Assembly: GCA_965250035.1 (NCBI GenBank)
Contig: OZ252282.1
Span: 593,395-657,394 of the forward strand
Direction: 5' to 3'
From: Enterobacterales bacterium
GTDB lineage: Bacteria; Pseudomonadota; Gammaproteobacteria; Enterobacterales; GCA-2746155
DNA: 64,000 nt
The notes beneath the pieces are model-generated. The model made no database searches. It worked only from the letters and a program-made list of their open reading frames with translations, and was not told the origin of the DNA. The position numbers and the translations under genes are program-made. Below, piece by piece: positions 18,268 through 27,850 of this stretch (position 1 is its first letter; each line of letters starts with the position of its first letter).

Positions 18268-20943
18268 ATGGACAAATTTATGGACAAAACGTCACTTACC
18301 GTTAAATTAGCATTCGTCTTTATCCCCATTGTCATACTCTTCGTACTCGTGGACATGTATCTCAGCCATCTCCCGGCAGTAGCTACGACCATCGCCAAGT
18401 TTGTTGCGGCATTTATCATTTTTAATGTCTGGCTGAAAATGAACGTGGCCGATCCTTTGAAGAAATTGGCCGACTATATGGGGGAGGTCGCGTCCGGAAA
18501 TTATGACAATGACATCAGTCGAACCAGACAGGATGATATCGGTAAGTTACAGCAGGCCGTCGATGCCATGCAACGTCAACTCGCAACCAATACCAACGAA
18601 TCCAGAACAGAGTCTGCCGCATCAGCCCGAATAGCGAGTGCCCTGCAGGTATGCCAGGCCAACGTCATGATGGCTGATACGGATCTCAACATCATCTATA
18701 AGAATGACTCAGTCACTGAGATGTTATCGAAACGGGAGCAGCAGATACAAACTGTGCTACCTAAATTCAGCGTCGCCGATCTCATCGGTACCTGTGTCGA
18801 TGATTTTCATGCTAATCCAGCCCATCAACGCGGTATGTTAGAAAGGTTGACCGAAGTGTACAAGACCGATCTCGAACTCGCGGGCCTGACTTTCGGGCTG
18901 ATCGCGACACCGGTATTTGATGATAAAGGGAAACGCCTGGGTACAGTCGTTGAATGGGACGATAAGACGGAACGACTGGCCGCAGAGAAGCAAGCGCGGG
19001 AGATGGCGGCTGCCAATGCCCGTGTTGCCAATGCCTTAAAGGTTTGTCAGGCCAATGTGATGATGGCTGATGCTGATCTAAACATTGTGTATACCAATGA
19101 TTCAGTCATTGAGATGTTGACTGAGAGGGAACAACAAATCCAAACCAAATTACCCAGCTTCAGTGTGGCTAACCTGATTGGTACCTGTGTCGATGATTTC
19201 CATGCCAATCCGGCCCATCAGCGCGGTATGCTGGAACGCCTGACCGAGGTGTACAAGACAGATTTACAGCTCGCCGGCCTGACATTTGGACTAATCGCGA
19301 CACCGGTATTTGATGATGATGGTGCACGTTTGGGCACCGTGGTCGAGTGGGATGACAAGACAGAACGATTGGCGGCTGAAAAGGCTGCCAAGGAACTGGC
19401 TGATAAGAATGCGGGCATCGCAAGCGCCCTGCAAGTGTGCCAGGCCAATGTCATGATGGCCGATAATGACATGAATATTGTGTACTGCAATGATGCGGTT
19501 TCTGACATGATGAAAGAAGCCGAAGCTGACCTTAAAAAGGTATTGTCTTCATTCGATGCCAATAATCTGATTGGTACCTGTGTAGATGTGTTCCATAAAG
19601 ACCCAGGCCGCATCAGGGACTTGGTCGCGGCACTGACCACAGCACACCATACTGAAATCAAGGTCGGTGTTCACACCTTTGGTTTGATTGCAACGCCTGT
19701 GTTTAACGATCTCAATGAGCGTCTTGGTACGGTCGTTGAGTGGCGTAAACGTACCGATGAGCTAGCCATTGAAGCCGAAGTGAATGAAATGGTTACTGCG
19801 GCATCGCAGGGTGACCTGACGAACCGTATTGAAACATCCAACAAAGAAGGCTTCTTCAAGCGACTGGCACTCGGACTCAATCAGCTGGTCGAGGTCGCTG
19901 AGGATGTCCTCACGAATACGGCCGTGGTGTTAGAGGCCTTGTCAAACGGCGACTTGACCAAAACGATCGAAGCCGACTATCAGGGATCATTCGGCAAGTT
20001 AAAGAATGATGCCAATACCACGGTCAACAAACTGACTGAAATCATTACCGAAATTCGAAATTCTGCTGCTTCTGTGTCGAGTGGTGCACAGGAAATTAGC
20101 GGTGGCAACATCGACTTGAGTCAACGTACCGAAGAGCAGGCGAGCGCTCTAGAGGAGACGGCTGCGAGCATGGAAGAGATGACCTCGGCCGTACGGGCGA
20201 GTGCGTCGAATGCGGAGAATGCCTCAGATCTGGCCAATGATGCCTCGAGCAAAGCCCAGACGGGTGGAGAAGTGGTTGGACAAGCGGTCGATGCAATGGC
20301 AGAGATAAATGACAGTAGTGAGAAAATATCTGACATCATTGGTGTGATTGATGAGATTGCTTTCCAGACCAATTTATTGGCGCTAAACGCCGCGGTCGAG
20401 GCAGCGAGAGCAGGAGAGCAGGGGCGCGGATTTGCGGTCGTTGCTGCTGAGGTCCGAAATTTAGCCCAACGATCGGCGACGGCTGCCAATGAGATCAAAG
20501 ATCTAATCCGTGATAGCGTCGACAAAATCAAAGACGGAAGTAAGTTGGTTAACGAGTCTGGTGATACACTCAAGGAAATCGTATCGGCCATTAATCAGGT
20601 CACCACGATTGTTTCAGATATCAGTTCATCTGCGCGGGAACAGGCCGAAGGCATCGACCAGGTTAATACCGCAATTAGTCAGATGGACGAAACGACACAA
20701 CAAAATGCCGCGTTAGTCGAGGAGGCCTCGGCGGCATCAGAAAATATGGCTGAGCAGGCGGCCTTGATGAATGAGTTGATGGATTTCTTCAACACCGGCG
20801 GCGTTGTACAGAGCGCAACACGGGAGAAGAAAAACGTCATTCACACACCCGCAGAAGCGGTGGGCGATGATCCGGGTAAGGCAAATACCACGGCTCAGAA
20901 AAAGGTTGTGCAATCAGATGACGACGGTTGGGAAGAATTTTAA
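18268..20943 (+). CDS. Aer2-like methyl-accepting chemotaxis protein with three tandem PAS domains and a C-terminal GWEEF pentapeptide
   Basis: N-terminal hydrophobic helices and a HAMP-like segment. Three ~131-aa PAS-like repeats. Highly conserved MCP signalling hairpin ([41 protein letters not shown]). Ends in DDGWEEF. Confidence 0.85.
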   Translation: MDKFMDKTSLTVKLAFVFIPIVILFVLVDMYLSHLPAVATTIAKFVAAFIIFNVWLKMNVADPLKKLADYMGEVASGNYDNDISRTRQDDIGKLQQAVDAMQRQLATNTNESRTESAASARIASALQVCQANVMMADTDLNIIYKNDSVTEMLSKREQQIQTVLPKFSVADLIGTCVDDFHANPAHQRGMLERLTEVYKTDLELAGLTFGLIATPVFDDKGKRLGTVVEWDDKTERLAAEKQAREMAAANARVANALKVCQANVMMADADLNIVYTNDSVIEMLTEREQQIQTKLPSFSVANLIGTCVDDFHANPAHQRGMLERLTEVYKTDLQLAGLTFGLIATPVFDDDGARLGTVVEWDDKTERLAAEKAAKELADKNAGIASALQVCQANVMMADNDMNIVYCNDAVSDMMKEAEADLKKVLSSFDANNLIGTCVDVFHKDPGRIRDLVAALTTAHHTEIKVGVHTFGLIATPVFNDLNERLGTVVEWRKRTDELAIEAEVNEMVTAASQGDLTNRIETSNKEGFFKRLALGLNQLVEVAEDVLTNTAVVLEALSNGDLTKTIEADYQGSFGKLKNDANTTVNKLTEIITEIRNSAASVSSGAQEISGGNIDLSQRTEEQASALEETAASMEEMTSAVRASASNAENASDLANDASSKAQTGGEVVGQAVDAMAEINDSSEKISDIIGVIDEIAFQTNLLALNAAVEAARAGEQGRGFAVVAAEVRNLAQRSATAANEIKDLIRDSVDKIKDGSKLVNESGDTLKEIVSAINQVTTIVSDISSSAREQAEGIDQVNTAISQMDETTQQNAALVEEASAASENMAEQAALMNELMDFFNTGGVVQSATREKKNVIHTPAEAVGDDPGKANTTAQKKVVQSDDDGWEEF
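18622..19780 (+). repeat. intragenic triplication (~393-nt period) encoding the three PAS-like modules
   Basis: Units start near 18622, 19015 and 19408 (..[58 protein letters not shown]). Units 1 and 2 are near-identical at protein level and clearly alignable at DNA level. Unit 3 is more diverged. Confidence 0.85.
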
Positions 20944-20955
20944 CGGAATAGATAC

Positions 20956-21234
20956 ATGTCTAAGACCACCATTACATTACCCGAGAAATTTGATATCAGT
21001 GCTGTAAATGGGCTGAAATCGAGAATGGAGAAGGCGCTGGAAAAAGATGTCTCAATGATAGAGATAGGCGCTCAGAATGTTGAAGTGCTGGACTCAGCCG
21101 CAGTTCAGTTATTACTCAGTTTTCAGAAACAGGTGCATTCTGAAGGAAGAGAGGTTCGCTTTATCAAGGCCTCCGAGAAGATGGTTAGTGGTACCGAATT
21201 ACTGGGAGCAACTCAGTTGCTGTCATTGGAGTGA
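20956..21234 (+). CDS. STAS-domain protein (anti-sigma-factor-antagonist-like)
   Basis: 92 aa with VEVLDSAAVQLLL, a STAS-type serine region. Sits between the receptor and cheY. Confidence 0.6.
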   Translation: MSKTTITLPEKFDISAVNGLKSRMEKALEKDVSMIEIGAQNVEVLDSAAVQLLLSFQKQVHSEGREVRFIKASEKMVSGTELLGATQLLSLE

Positions 21235-21267
21235 CTAGTCAAGGAATTTTATTGATGGGAGATATAA

Positions 21268-21627
21268 ATGACTAAAATATTGGCAGTTGACGACTCTGCG
21301 TCGATGCGTCAGATGGTAACCTTCACGCTATCTGGAGCGGGTTATGATGTAAAAGATGCAGCCGATGGACAACAAGGACTGGATCTGGCCAAGCAGGAAC
21401 AATTCGACGTAATTGTCTCTGATGTAAATATGCCGGTCATGGACGGAATCACCATGATTAGTGAAATCCGTAAGTTACCCCAATATCGAACAACCCCCAT
21501 ATTAATGCTGACCACGGAGTCTTCCTCAGACAAGAAAATGGCGGGTAAGCAGGCGGGCGCCACTGGATGGATTGTTAAGCCGTTCAACCCAGAACAGCTG
21601 CTAAAGACAATCGCTCGCGTGGTTTAG
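21268..21627 (+). CDS. cheY: CheY-like response regulator (Che2/F7-like operon)
   Basis: Single receiver domain: ILAVDDSASMR, DVIVSDVNMPVMDG, IVKPF. Confidence 0.85.
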   Translation: MTKILAVDDSASMRQMVTFTLSGAGYDVKDAADGQQGLDLAKQEQFDVIVSDVNMPVMDGITMISEIRKLPQYRTTPILMLTTESSSDKKMAGKQAGATGWIVKPFNPEQLLKTIARVV

Positions 21628-21637
21628 GGTCACTGAC

Positions 21638-23710
21638 ATGGGAATCGATCTTAGCCAATTCCACCAGGTTTTCTACGAAGAGAGCTTCGAAGGGCTGGAT
21701 GTAATGGAAGAGTTGTTACTGGGTTTAAACGACGGTGACCCAGACGCTGAAGCGATCAACACAATCTTCCGCTCAGCGCACTCCATCAAAGGTGGTAGTG
21801 CGACCTTTGGCTTTATTTCCGTGTCTGAATTTACACATGTTCTGGAGTCACTGCTTGATGATATGCGCGACGGAAAACGCGAGGTAACGTCTGACGCCGT
21901 CGATTTATTACTGCAATCGGTTGATTGCTTGCGGGACATGCTAAATTCATTACAGTCTAGCGGCGAATGCGATGCCGGATTGGCTGAATCACTGGCGGCA
22001 AAATTCAAGGCCCTGGAAGGGGGTGAAGCACTCACTAGCGAGGACTCGGAACCGGACTCTGGCGCTGACTCAGTGCAGGATGAATCGGCCGACTGGGATA
22101 TCACCTTCAAACCTGAGCCGCACATATTACATAACGGCAATGAACCGATTCGAATGTTTCGCGAGCTGGCGATGCTGGGTCATGCCAAAATTACGCTCGA
22201 TGAGGATTCGATTCCTGCATGGGATGATCTGGATCCGGAAGAGATCTATTTGAAGTGGCAAGTCAGCCTGGATGCCAGCGTATCTCAGGATGACATTACG
22301 GAAGTCTTTGAATGGGTGCTCGATGAATGCGAATTGGTGGTTACCAGACAACAAGCTGATGTGCCTAGCGACTCGGCGACTGCAGTGATAACGGAATCGA
22401 ATGAAGCAACGGATGACAAACCATTAGAAGTCGTCAGCACGGAATCGCCAGATGAGCAGCTGTCCACATCGACTGAAGTCGCTAAAAAAGCACAACCCAA
22501 GAAAGAGATTAATCGCACCGCGTCATCAATCCGCGTTGATATAGATAAGGTTGATAGCCTGATAAATCTGGTGGGTGAATTGGTGATTACCCAATCAATG
22601 CTTAGTCAGGTTGGGACAGATTTTCATGTCAAGCAGTTAGAAGTCTTGAAACATGGCTTGGCTCAGTTAGAGCAAAATACCCGCGAGTTGCAGGAACGCG
22701 TCATGCAGATCCGCATGATGCCAATCAGTTTCGCATTCAACCGCTTTCCGCGAATGGTCAGAGATCTTGCCAAACAGCTCGATAAGAAGGTTGAGTTAAT
22801 CGTATCGGGTGAGAATACCGAGTTGGATAAAACGGTCATGGAACAGATCGGCGATCCACTGGTGCATCTGGTCAGAAACTCTATGGATCACGGAATTGAG
22901 TCGCCTTCTGAACGCGCGGCAGCAGGTAAAGATGAAACGGGAACAGTTAAACTGGATGCGTTTCATCAGGGCGGTACCGTCATGATCGAGATCACCGACG
23001 ATGGAAAAGGGATCGATCCTGCGAAAGTCTTTGCGAAGGCGGTAGAGAAAGGGCTTATTTCTGCGCAAGATAATCTGTCGGAACAGGACATCTACCGATT
23101 ATTGTTTGAACCGGGCTTCTCAACTGCAGCAACGGTATCAGATGTCTCAGGCCGTGGGGTCGGCATGGATGTCGTCAAACGCAACATTACCAATCTTGGC
23201 GGCTCTGTCGATGTCTATTCTGAATTAGGCAAAGGTTCGACCTTTAGCATCAGACTCCCACTCACGCTCGCAATACTGGATGGACAACTGATTCGTATCG
23301 GGGATCAGATTTTTGTCGTGCCATTGATTTCGGTCAGTGAATCCATTCAAGTCGATACCAGTTTGATCAATCGGGTAGGCGGGGAGATGGATCTCTATCA
23401 GTTACGTGATGAGTATGTGCCTATAATCGACATGGCCTCGGAGTTTGACTTCGATTCTGACAAGAAGAGTATCGAAGATTCGGTATTGGTCGTGGTAGAA
23501 GGTGAAGACCAGAAAATCGGATTGCAGGTCGATGAATTGATGGAGCAGCAACAGGTTGTCATCAAGAGTCTTGAAGAGAATTACAAATCCATTCAGGGCA
23601 TTTCGGGTGCCACGATACTCGGTGATGGCCGTGTTGCCTTAATCATCGATATAGTCGGATTCATCCGAGGTGCTAAGCACTACAAACGGACTGAAAGTGA
23701 TGCAGCCTAG
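21638..23710 (+). CDS. cheA: chemotaxis histidine kinase CheA (Che2/F7-like operon)
   Basis: Hpt P1 domain with FRSAHSIKGGSATFG, dimerisation region, N-box HLVRNSMDHGIE, G-boxes DDGKGID and GRGVGMDVV, C-terminal CheW-like P5. Confidence 0.9.
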   Translation: MGIDLSQFHQVFYEESFEGLDVMEELLLGLNDGDPDAEAINTIFRSAHSIKGGSATFGFISVSEFTHVLESLLDDMRDGKREVTSDAVDLLLQSVDCLRDMLNSLQSSGECDAGLAESLAAKFKALEGGEALTSEDSEPDSGADSVQDESADWDITFKPEPHILHNGNEPIRMFRELAMLGHAKITLDEDSIPAWDDLDPEEIYLKWQVSLDASVSQDDITEVFEWVLDECELVVTRQQADVPSDSATAVITESNEATDDKPLEVVSTESPDEQLSTSTEVAKKAQPKKEINRTASSIRVDIDKVDSLINLVGELVITQSMLSQVGTDFHVKQLEVLKHGLAQLEQNTRELQERVMQIRMMPISFAFNRFPRMVRDLAKQLDKKVELIVSGENTELDKTVMEQIGDPLVHLVRNSMDHGIESPSERAAAGKDETGTVKLDAFHQGGTVMIEITDDGKGIDPAKVFAKAVEKGLISAQDNLSEQDIYRLLFEPGFSTAATVSDVSGRGVGMDVVKRNITNLGGSVDVYSELGKGSTFSIRLPLTLAILDGQLIRIGDQIFVVPLISVSESIQVDTSLINRVGGEMDLYQLRDEYVPIIDMASEFDFDSDKKSIEDSVLVVVEGEDQKIGLQVDELMEQQQVVIKSLEENYKSIQGISGATILGDGRVALIIDIVGFIRGAKHYKRTESDAA

Positions 23711-23720
23711 GGGATTATGA

Positions 23721-24245
23721 ATGACTGACGTAATAGAACTATCACAAACGGATGTCACATTAGAATCAGATGATGCGTCAGAGCTCGCCGTCGCATTAGG
23801 TGAGCAGTACTTGTCATTTACTCTAGGCGAAGAGACATTTGCCGTTGAAATTCTTAGCGTGCAGGAAATCAGGACCTGGGAAACGCCGACATTATTGCCG
23901 CGCTCACCTGATTATATGAAAGGCGTCATAAATTTACGCGGTACCATAGTACCTGTCATCGATCTGCGTTTGAAATTTAACATCTGCAAGCCAGTTTATG
24001 ACGAGACAACGGTAGTGATCGTACTGAGGATACTGGAAGAGGCTAAGATTCGGGTCATGGGGATCGTGGTCGATTCGATGTCAGATGTATTATTTATTGA
24101 TAAGGACAAAATACGAAATTCACCCGAATTTGGCGGCAAGGTTGATGCTGAATATATTGAAGGCTTGACGACCATTGATGGAAATGTCGTAAGTTTGCTT
24201 AAAACCGAAGCGATGTTGGACATAGATGAGATTAGGCATAACTAA
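23721..24245 (+). CDS. cheW: CheW coupling protein (first of two)
   Basis: CheW domain FAVEILSVQEIR..GVINLRGTIVPVIDLR. Confidence 0.85.
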   Translation: MTDVIELSQTDVTLESDDASELAVALGEQYLSFTLGEETFAVEILSVQEIRTWETPTLLPRSPDYMKGVINLRGTIVPVIDLRLKFNICKPVYDETTVVIVLRILEEAKIRVMGIVVDSMSDVLFIDKDKIRNSPEFGGKVDAEYIEGLTTIDGNVVSLLKTEAMLDIDEIRHN

Positions 24246-24290
24246 TCTCATCCTATTTAGGATGATTGAGGACGACAGGAATATCAGCGA

Positions 24291-24800
24291 ATGAGTTTGG
24301 AACAAAACGCAATGGTTGCTAACCAGGCAGACATAGAACAGTTTCTGAGTTTTTTCATCGAAAATGAAGAATTTGCTGTGAGTATCCTCGCGGTAAGAGA
24401 AATTAGAGGCTGGGAAAAAGTAACTCCAATCCCTAATACCCCAGATTACGTCAAGGGATTTATTAACTTACGTGGTCGAGTCGTTCCAATCATCGACTTG
24501 CGACAACGGTTCAATATGGATTTGAAAGAATACACGCGCACCACGGTAGTTATCATTCTCAACATGGATGAGGCTGATCCGAACAGTGAACTAGTCGGGA
24601 TTGTGGTTGATGCTGTGTCTGAAGTGTATGACATCAAGCCGGAGAATGTGCGACCTGCGCCAAAGTTGGGTGGCCATATCGAAGCAAAATATATCAACGG
24701 GATCGCCGAGATAGGTGACAAGAATGTCATTTTGACCGACGTGATGTCATTACTTGATACCGACGAACTGTTGCAGGCGACTGGCGCTATCGATGACTAA
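24291..24800 (+). CDS. cheW: CheW coupling protein (second of two)
   Basis: CheW domain FAVSILAVREIR..GFINLRGRVVPIIDLR. Confidence 0.85.
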   Translation: MSLEQNAMVANQADIEQFLSFFIENEEFAVSILAVREIRGWEKVTPIPNTPDYVKGFINLRGRVVPIIDLRQRFNMDLKEYTRTTVVIILNMDEADPNSELVGIVVDAVSEVYDIKPENVRPAPKLGGHIEAKYINGIAEIGDKNVILTDVMSLLDTDELLQATGAIDD

Positions 24801-24824
24801 CCACGCTGAATTAGGAGTCTGAGG

Positions 24825-25676
24825 GTGTCAGAACAGCCACGTAACCCTAGCCTACGCAGGGAATTCGAATATACAACCGAAGATTTTAAATTTATTCAGG
24901 AACTCGTTTATAAGGTTTCTGGAATTAGCCTATCCGATGTTAAAAAGGATATGGTTTATAGTCGCCTGGCAAGGCGACTGCGCGCATTGAATCTAAAGAG
25001 CTTTAAGGAGTACTGTCAGTATTTACAGAGTAATCAGGCTGTAGAGCTCAACAACGCAATCAATGCGATCACCACGAATCTGACGCATTTCTTTCGTGAG
25101 ATTCATCATTTTGACACACTGAAGAAAACCATTATCCCGGAGTTGATGCAGAACCGTCCGCGTGGAAATCGAATGAGAATATGGTCAGCTGGTTGCTCTA
25201 CCGGTGAAGAACCCTATAGCATCGCGATGACGCTCAGAGAAGCCATGCCAGCAAGGCAGCAATGGGATGTGAAGATCTTGGCGACCGATCTGGACTCGAA
25301 TGTTGTCGCACACTGCAAAGAAGGCGTTTACGACATTAAACGAATAGAGCCGGTACAAGATCGATTGGTGAAACAGTGGTTTAAACCACTCGCCGATAAT
25401 CCTAATAAGGTGAAAATCAGTCCGGACTTAGCCGGTGATATCACTTTTAATGTATTGAATCTGATGGATCACTGGCCAATTCGTGGACCATTCGATGTCA
25501 TCTTTTGCCGCAACGTTGTGATTTATTTCGATAAACCAACGCAACAAAAATTATTTAAACGGTTTTATGATCTGCTGGCTCCGGGTGGAGTTCTGTTTTT
25601 GGGTCACTCAGAACAACTCGGGGCATTTCAGGAAAATTTCGACTCATTAGGCAAAACGACTTTTCGTAAAAAATAA
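24825..25676 (+). CDS. cheR: chemotaxis protein methyltransferase CheR
   Basis: TNLTHFFRE, SAM-binding RIWSAGCSTGEEPYSIAM, IFCRNVVIYFD. GTG start. Confidence 0.9.
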   Translation: MSEQPRNPSLRREFEYTTEDFKFIQELVYKVSGISLSDVKKDMVYSRLARRLRALNLKSFKEYCQYLQSNQAVELNNAINAITTNLTHFFREIHHFDTLKKTIIPELMQNRPRGNRMRIWSAGCSTGEEPYSIAMTLREAMPARQQWDVKILATDLDSNVVAHCKEGVYDIKRIEPVQDRLVKQWFKPLADNPNKVKISPDLAGDITFNVLNLMDHWPIRGPFDVIFCRNVVIYFDKPTQQKLFKRFYDLLAPGGVLFLGHSEQLGAFQENFDSLGKTTFRKK

Positions 25677-25683
25677 CTAACCG

Positions 25684-26334
25684 ATGGTATATAACAGGGA
25701 CAATTTATCTGAGTGTTTGCCAGAATTTAAGCATATCAACCGTTACTTTGATCCGTTGAAGAACATCGTTGCTGCGAAAATTTTACCTGGTGAGTTTTAT
25801 GTCAGCACCTCGGGTGAGATGATTGCGACGGTGCTTGGATCTTGTATATCCGCCTGTATCCGGGATCCAATCGTGCAAATCGGCGGTATGAATCATTTTA
25901 TGCTACCGATTGATAACAAGAACATAGGCCAGGATTTGACCTCAGAGCAATTGGCTGTAGCTTGCCGCTATGGTGATTTTGCGATGGAAAAATTAATCAA
26001 TGTCATTATTTCAAACGGCGGTAAACGTAAGAACCTTGAGGTTAAGATTTTTGGTGGTGGACGAGTCGTGAGTCAAATGCACAGTTCTGATGTCGGTCAG
26101 AAAAACATTGATTTCGTTCATGAATATCTGCGCTATGAAGGGCTAGCGATAAGCTCTGAGGATACCGGAGACATCTTCCCACGTAAGGTGCATTATTTTA
26201 GTGATTCTGGCCGAGTACTGGTGAAGAAATTGCGTACTGTGAATAATCCGACAATTAGCGTACGCGAGGACGATTATTATAGTAAGCTGTTGAAAAAACC
26301 TGAACACACAGAAGAGATAGAGGTGTTTGAATAA
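25684..26334 (+). CDS. cheD: chemoreceptor glutamine deamidase CheD
   Basis: ILPGEFYVS..TVLGSCISACIRD is the CheD catalytic Cys region. Sits between cheR and cheB, as in Che2-type operons. Confidence 0.85.
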   Translation: MVYNRDNLSECLPEFKHINRYFDPLKNIVAAKILPGEFYVSTSGEMIATVLGSCISACIRDPIVQIGGMNHFMLPIDNKNIGQDLTSEQLAVACRYGDFAMEKLINVIISNGGKRKNLEVKIFGGGRVVSQMHSSDVGQKNIDFVHEYLRYEGLAISSEDTGDIFPRKVHYFSDSGRVLVKKLRTVNNPTISVREDDYYSKLLKKPEHTEEIEVFE

Positions 26335-26351
26335 CTCATGGAGTCTGGTGA

Positions 26352-27449
26352 ATGAGTCGCAAAATTAAAGTGCTCGTCGTTGACGATTCTGCACTCATCC
26401 GTCTGTTGCTGACCAAGGCGCTATCATCTTCAGATGAGATTGAGGTGGTTGGCGCGGCAGAAGACCCGTTTGTCGCGCGAGACATGATAAAGCGTACCAA
26501 TCCGGATGTACTGACACTAGATATAGAAATGCCAAAGATGGATGGTATTACCTTCCTGAAAAACTTGATGCGTCTGAAGCCAATGCCGGTGATTATGATC
26601 TCTACCTTGACCAAAAGGGGCGCAAACGTAACACTTAAAGCGCTAGAGTATGGTGCGGTCGACTTCGTTGCCAAACCAGATGCTGACGTCAAAGATAATC
26701 TCATGGCGTATTCGGGCATATTGATTGAAAAAGTAAAAGCGGCAGCGAAGGCGAATGTGAGCCAGGTTGAGATGCCTGAGCGGACCGTGCCGAGCCAGGT
26801 TGCCGTTGAGAAAACTGAACCGCACACGCCATCCGCCGCGCCACGAAGTAAAGCAACAGGATCCGTTGAATTGATTGCCATCGGCGCTTCGACTGGTGGT
26901 ACGGAAGCGATTAAAACGGTATTGACTAATCTGCCAGCAAATTTACCGCCCATCGTGATGGCACAACATATACCACCTGTCTTTAGTACGTCATTTGCTA
27001 ACCGACTGAATGACCATGCAAATATCACTGTGATCGAACCGACTGAGAGCATGCCACTCAAGTATGGCCATGCCTATTTAGCGCCCGGTGATAAGCATTT
27101 GCTGGTCCGTTCCAGAAGTGGCCGTCTCTATGCAGAAATATATGATGGACCTCCAGTGAATCGGCATAAGCCTTCCGTTGAGGTGTTATTTGCTTCAATT
27201 AATCGCCTAGCTGCACATCGAAGTATCGCAGTAATGTTAACTGGTATGGGAGCTGATGGCGCCAAGGCGATGAAGGCATTGCATGATTCCGGCGCGCATA
27301 CCATCGCACAGGATAAGGCGTCCAGTGTGGTATGGGGCATGCCTGGCGCGGTCGTGCAGTTGGGTGGTGCGAGTGAAACACTGGCGATCGACAAGATTGC
27401 GAATCGGATACAACAACTGGTGACAAAAAAGGCGTCACAAAATAGTTAA
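26352..27449 (+). CDS. cheB: protein-glutamate methylesterase/deamidase CheB
   Basis: Receiver domain (KVLVVDDSALIR, LTLDIEMPKMDG) plus methylesterase domain (IGASTGG, GMGADG). Confidence 0.9.
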   Translation: MSRKIKVLVVDDSALIRLLLTKALSSSDEIEVVGAAEDPFVARDMIKRTNPDVLTLDIEMPKMDGITFLKNLMRLKPMPVIMISTLTKRGANVTLKALEYGAVDFVAKPDADVKDNLMAYSGILIEKVKAAAKANVSQVEMPERTVPSQVAVEKTEPHTPSAAPRSKATGSVELIAIGASTGGTEAIKTVLTNLPANLPPIVMAQHIPPVFSTSFANRLNDHANITVIEPTESMPLKYGHAYLAPGDKHLLVRSRSGRLYAEIYDGPPVNRHKPSVEVLFASINRLAAHRSIAVMLTGMGADGAKAMKALHDSGAHTIAQDKASSVVWGMPGAVVQLGGASETLAIDKIANRIQQLVTKKASQNS

Positions 27450-27533
27450 GACCATATGAATAATTTCTGCTATGGTTTAGATAGAGCAATAACAAACACT
27501 TAAATCTAATCAGGTTAAAAAACGGAGATCGAT

Positions 27534-27833
27534 ATGTCTATTTCTACGACTGAAGACAATGGCAAATTAACCATAAAGATAGATGGTCGATTTGATTTCA
27601 GTATTCATCAGGAATTTCGCGCGGCATATGAGAATGCCAGTGATGGAATAAAGCAGTACGAGATTGATATGAGGACTACCTCATACCTCGACAGTTCTGC
27701 ATTGGGTATGTTGTTATTACTCAGAGACTTTGCCGGAGGAGACAGCTCCGCAGTGAGTATTACCAATACTAGTCCGGATGTGAAAAAGATTCTGACCATT
27801 TCTAACTTCGAACAACTCTTCAGCGTTTCGTAG
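27534..27833 (+). CDS. STAS anti-anti-sigma factor, HsbA-like
   Basis: 99 aa with SYLDSSALGMLLLL, the phosphorylatable-serine region of SpoIIAA/RsbV-type proteins. Confidence 0.75.
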   Translation: MSISTTEDNGKLTIKIDGRFDFSIHQEFRAAYENASDGIKQYEIDMRTTSYLDSSALGMLLLLRDFAGGDSSAVSITNTSPDVKKILTISNFEQLFSVS

Positions 27834-27850
27834 CTTGTCATTAATCGCTT

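Noticed and set aside
26336-27061. 241-aa minus-strand ORF overlapping cheB
   Set aside because: It lies fully inside the well-supported cheB frame, has no recognisable motifs and would break the operon logic. It is an antisense artefact.
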